DNA of 64,000 nucleotides from the human T2T-CHM13v2.0 reference genome, Homo sapiens: assembly GCF_009914755.1 (NCBI RefSeq), contig NC_060930.1, one strand, 5' to 3'. Below are positions 58,363 through 64,000 of the stretch, piece after piece. How positions within the stretch are numbered: position 1 is the stretch's first letter; each line of letters opens with the position of its first letter. A model generated the notes under the pieces. The model was not told where the DNA came from. It saw only the letters and a list, made by a program, of their open reading frames with translations, and did no database searches. The position numbers and the translations under genes are program-made.

Positions 58363-59121
58363 ATTTTTTTTTTAAGATTTTCTTTCATGCACACACATAC
58401 AAAAAAAAAAAAAGAAAAGAAAAGGAAGGAAGGAAAGGGCAGAGGAAGTTATTTTAGAACAGGAAGCTGCCAATGTACTGGGAAAGCTTTAGAAAATTTT
58501 GCTAGTAGAAGATGATTCATTCTAAAGCGCATTGTTGCCTCATGTAAAAGATTCTCCAGAGTCTCTCTTAGCTTACAAAATAATTGGGTTTTGATCACAG
58601 CGAGGCTGAACACAGATCCCTTTCAGATGGATCAGGCTTGAGTTCTCAAGGGTAACCATGAGTCCAGCAGTTGCTGTAGCTGTCATTCCTCACCCCACAG
58701 CAGTGACTGTAACGTGTTCATCTGCCACTCTCCAGGAGCCTTCAACTTTGTTAAATCATTGTTTGTTCAATTTAAATGTAGCACTTCATGCCCACATCAT
58801 CATCCAGCAACCCCAGATCCAAGGCTGGAACTGAGGCCCCTGACTGCAAACATTTACACACATCCTCAACCTAATTTCGTCAAAGTAGTTTGTATAACCC
58901 GGTTTTATTAAAGGGTGATTCGTGTACCCTGAGAACACTTCTCAGTTTGTCTTTCAGCCTTTGTTTTCACCCTAAACTGTGCTCTGTCTGGTGCAGAACT
59001 CCATGCTGATTCTCAAGTACCAAGCAGACACGCTTTGTGTCACTATCGTCATGTCTTGCTCCTTGTGTTTATATGGTGTGTGTCTGTATCAGTCTGCTTC
59101 TGTTCACTTTCTCGTTTATAG

Positions 59122-59361
59122 AGAACACTGAAAACCACTCTGAAACACCGGCAGCTCCTGCTCTACCTCCTTCTGCTCCTCCTAAGCCTAGACCCAAACC
59201 TAAACCCAAAAAATCACCTGTGCCTCCGAAAGGGGCCACTGCTGGGGCCAGCCACAAAGGTGATGAAGTGCCTCCCATTAAAAAAAATACCAAGGCTCCT
59301 GGTAAGCAGGCCCCCGTCCCTCCACCCAAGCCAGCAAGCCGAAACACGACCAGAGAGGCTG
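59122..59361 (+). CDS. PHACTR2: PHACTR2 coding exon (240 nt, phase 1-1), Pro/Lys-rich region
   Basis: CTTTCTCGTTTATAG acceptor ending 59121; CTG|GTGAGT donor at 59362. Encodes (E)NTENHSETPAAPALPPSAPPKPRPKPKPKKSPVPPKGATAG...PVPPPKPASRNTTREA (inside ORF 59037-59399). Confidence 0.96.
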
Positions 59362-60196
59362 GTGAGTATGCCCCCAGTGCCCTGTGGGGTCACTTCTAGG
59401 GTGCTTGGCTCTGGGATGGGGCTAATTGTTTCTTCTAGGTGTGATGGGCTTTTGGTGTCTTAGGACATTACACCAGCAGGTTCAGCTTTGACACAAAGAA
59501 TGCCCAGGAGATTCCTTTGTTGCTCTCTACCAAAGGAAATTCAACCCATTGAATAGTTCACCTCATTAGTTTTTGAGTGAATATACTGGTTTCATCTTGA
59601 GTATCCACTATCAGCACCAGTTGAAGGATACTGGGAGTAGTATGCCTGATGAATGACAATGATCTGATATAACATTATTTAGACATTGACTGACCTTCTA
59701 CCTATATGAGCCTATGGGTGGCTTTTTGGCTTGGATTTTCTTTCAAAATATCTAAGGTTTGCATATAAAAATGTGACAATTATAACTTTGATATATTTAC
59801 TGGATGTTAATGTGTTAAATCCTCAGCATCCATAGTCATCTCCCTTCTGATAAATGACAAAGGGTTCATGTCACTTGTTTCAGCTCCACCCCACCACTTT
59901 CTACTGCAGTGAAAACTATTTCAGTGGAGTGGAAAGTTACACTCTCAGTGTTCCACACCTCCCCTGTAGACTTGTGTGTTCTAAGGCAAAACATCCTGGT
60001 GTCATGTGGTTATAAGTTACTATTATAAATCACCAGTGGATGTTTGAGTGACCTGCAATAACTCATGCAATATGTATCCAGCTTTGCTTTACAATCAGAT
60101 ATGCTTGATGCAAAGTGGAAACTCCCATTTTTTTAGTGAAGAGGAAGAAAGATGCCTACCATGTCATTTATCTTTTAAAAGGACATTAATCAGGCC

Positions 60197-60516
<320 letters not shown>

Positions 60517-61778
60517 CTAGCAGTTGACTGTCAGGATTTGCCTTGGTGTTGATCTTTTTCCTCTCATAATGTATGACCATAATGCTCAAATTCAGAGAGC
60601 GGTTTAGTTGACAGTATAACAGATCTCTGAATGCCAGTAGACATCCCTCTCCCTGTGCTCCTCATGTCCCGCCTTTGACCTTTAGTGTCTGGGTCTCTTC
60701 TAATAAGCTCTAAACTGAAATTTCCCAGAATGATGTGCCAACAGTGCCCAGTGGCCATCTCCTCAGGGAGCAGCTGTCCTCACCCATCAGTGTCCATTCT
60801 TGTTGGGATCTGTGTGTGTTTTCTAGACTTCCTAGAAAACCCTAGAAGCACTGCTTAAAGTGAGGGAGGCACTGATCTTCTTCTTAAAGAACAGCCCCAA
60901 ATGATCACTCTGTCATTGGGAATTAAGCTCCTGTCTTGCACTAACTTCTCCACTTTCCCATTCTCCACGTGGTAGTGGCTCACTCTGAACTCAGCTTGGA
61001 CTCTCTTTACTTCCCTCAGAAGAAAGCCGATGATTACCACCAGGTCAGGGGACAGCTTTCATAAACGATTTTGAGGTTTTTCCAGATATTTTGCTTGAAG
61101 ATTTATTTAGGCACTCATGATGCTCCTAAGAGAATAGTACAGTCATTTTATTCATTGTATTGTAAAAGGCCTGACTTTTCCAGAGGCTATCACAGAGAAA
61201 ACAGGGGTTGCACTTAAGTACACCAACAAGCCCATCATGTAAGAATCGTTTTATCAAATATTGATAATATCCCTTTATGATCCTACTGATAGTCCATTTG
61301 TAACCGTTTAGAACTTTCTGCATAGTAACTTTGTTTTATTTGAATAATACGGACCTTCTAGAAAAGTTTGTTCAAATGCTACTCTTGATGTTCAGCCCAG
61401 TGATTTAAGTTGTTAAAACAACCATAAGTTAAGATTCTTTCTCTATTACTAAGTTAGTGTAGACCTGTAGCTACCTAGGTATCGGTTTTAGAACATTCAG
61501 CTTCTTTGCCAGAGAAATCGGGTTAAATCTCCTTGATTTTTGTTTCTCATTGTTACACATTATTAACAACAAAAGTACTTAACTGAGGAGAGGCGACATT
61601 TTTTTTTATCATGCCCTTAATTGAAGGTAACTTAAGCAACATGTTTGATTTCAACAAAGACCTGTTATTTAAGAAGATTCTTTAAGAAAAACTATAATGT
61701 GGCTTGAATTTGCACTCTGGGCAGTGAAAAAAAATGTATCTTTTTCCTCAAGCCAAACTAAAATTAACTTTTCTGTTA

Positions 61779-62114
<336 letters not shown>

Positions 62115-62940
62115 TTATTAGAATTGTTATGTGGAAAGGATTCTGTTTAACTTAGCTAAGAAAATAATTGAACATGGTTAGGCACCGAATCCTTAGCGTC
62201 TTTGTTGTGAAAAGTAAATGTAGACTGGACTTAGATTGAAGGAGTGTGCTTAATGAGTTTGACTTCTAGGCTAGGGAAGGTTGTTTTCTATAAAGTAACA
62301 GGTCTAGATTTGGGGAAGAAGAATTCTAGTTATGTATATCTTAAACGATAAAGACCCCAAAACCATAGGGATTCCTTTTAAGCCTGGAACCTGTCACTAA
62401 ATAAGACTGGCTTCTTTAGTATCAGTCTAATCAGAATAAATGAAGTCTTACATCTCATTGTCTATTCTTTCATTTATTCTTCATCTCTTCACCCTCCCAA
62501 TTGACTTCAATAAAGTCATAACTGGAGGTAAGTTATAATAACATCTGTATACAGTGTGGATTGGCTTCACAATGCTAACAAGATGTTTTCTAATCGTTCT
62601 GTGAAAGATAGTTGAACCCTTCATGAAGAGAAGGAGCATAACAACATTATAACAGAAGAAGCCATTAGGATAAATTTATAGGTCATGAAAGAAAAGAGTA
62701 TTCTCATAGGAGTTTATTTTATCATCATATATTTACTAAGATGACATAAAGAAAAAAGTAGTTAATCTTTTTGTTTTGAAACTGTTTTGATTGAGGGTGC
62801 CCTATCCGGAAGTAGGCAAATATACCATAGCTATCCTTCGATGAAGACCTTCTTGGAACTTAAGCATTAAGGAAGATCACATTTGCGAAGGTGGAGTCAG
62901 AAGACCTGAGAATGATATCCTTTCCATTCACATTATTTAG

Positions 62941-63257
62941 AACCAGACACGGTGGCTCACACCTGTAATTCTTTGGAGCCACCAAAGCCTCTCACTTTGG
63001 GAGGCTGAGATGGGTGAATCCCTTGAGCCCAGGAGTTCAAGACCAGCCTGGGCAACATGACAAAACCCTGTCTCAACAAAAATACATTAAAGTTAGCCAG
63101 GCATGGTGGTACACACCTGTAGTCCCAGCTACTCAGGAGGCTAAGGCAGGAGGATCACTTGAGCCCAGGAGGCAGAAGTTATAGTGAGCCGATATTGCAC
63201 CACTGCATTCCAGCCTGGGCGACAGAACAAGACCTTGTCTCAAAAAAAAAAAAAAAA
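62941..63257 (+). mobile_element. Alu (AluJ-type) with a small internal insertion
   Basis: Full dimer with ~20 extra nt after cctgtaatt. Confidence 0.88.
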
Positions 63258-64000
63258 GGAGCAACCCATGTAAATAGGTTTTGTAAACAACAAGTTTTTT
63301 TCTGGCCTTTTGATGCTTTGAAGGGAGTGTACCTTTCCTGTGTGGCCATGGGTTTTCCCTTTACCCCATCTCTACTGCAGATGGAAGTAGAGTCCAGCAT
63401 GGCGAGCTTTCTTCTCTGGAGCTACTGGAAAGCTGGTGTGGATTTTCTCTTTTAGCAGTAAGATGAGTGATTTTGTTTTTGACCCAGAAAGAAGCTGGAT
63501 ATATACCCCAGTCTCTTCTGAATACAGGCCACCACTCTATTCCTAGAAAGACAGCATAGAACATGTATAATTTATGATGAGCCTAATTGTGTGCTACACC
63601 CAGCTAGCTGCTGATGTCTGTCCTTTACGCACCATAACATTCCTTCTTGAGAGCATACCGGGCTTTTTTCAAGTGAACCATAGACAAGGGGCAGAAGATT
63701 CTCCCTTTGGCTGGCTCAGCTAAAGACTAAAGTGAGAGAAGACAGAGGACTCTTGTTCCTCTGAGTTTTGCCGTAAATATCACTTGCTCCTTGCTGGATT
63801 GGAGGAAGGGAGGGGCAGAAGACAAGACTATTATCATGATTAGCCTATTTTCTCTTATACATTTATTCAACAAACTTTAAAGGGAACATTTTAAATGTTG
63901 TTGACAGTTACACCTTGGTTACTTTATTTTAAAAAGCATTGTATTCTTTGATTTTTTAATGCAAGGTCTCTCTATTGTAGCTGGCTCCTCTCATTCAAAA

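Noticed and set aside
59120-59123. TAGAG as an alternative acceptor
   Set aside because: The second AG is 2 nt downstream and would frameshift; not a NAGNAG.
59069-59347. Gly/Leu-rich antisense ORF
   Set aside because: Mirror frame of the Pro/Lys-rich PHACTR2 exon.

Overview
Primate (very probably human) genomic DNA lying entirely inside the PHACTR2 gene (phosphatase and actin regulator 2) on the + strand. Four coding exons are visible: 10731-10898, 47706-47786, 52475-52633 and 59122-59361. All are phase 1-1 with GT-AG boundaries and splice in frame to ...VDGLDKASIANSDGPTAGSQTPPFKRKGKLSTIGKIFKPWKWRKKKTSDKFRETSA/VLERKISTRQSREELIRRGVLKELPDQ/DGDVTVNFENSNGHMIPIG...EDKK/ENTENHSETPAAPALPPSAPPKPRPKPKPKK...NTTREA. 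The first exon and the C-terminal RPEL/PP1-binding exons are outside the window. The rest is intron containing about 35 Alus, nested old L1s, solo LTRs (MST-type MaLR, MER41A), a MADE1 MITE, MIRs and microsatellites. Best leads: (1) a candidate internal promoter and alternative first exon (ATG 44757, donor 44782) that would give MERQNKKP-VLERKIS...; (2) a candidate 42-nt in-frame cassette exon at 48430-48471; (3) an Alu-Alu recombination tandem duplication with swapped TSDs; (4) an internally triplicated Alu; (5) a twin-primed inverted L1; (6) an inverted Alu pair bracketing a stop-free 240-nt exon circle. Gene and repeat identities come from recognition by eye, not database searches. Repeat boundaries and subfamilies are approximate.
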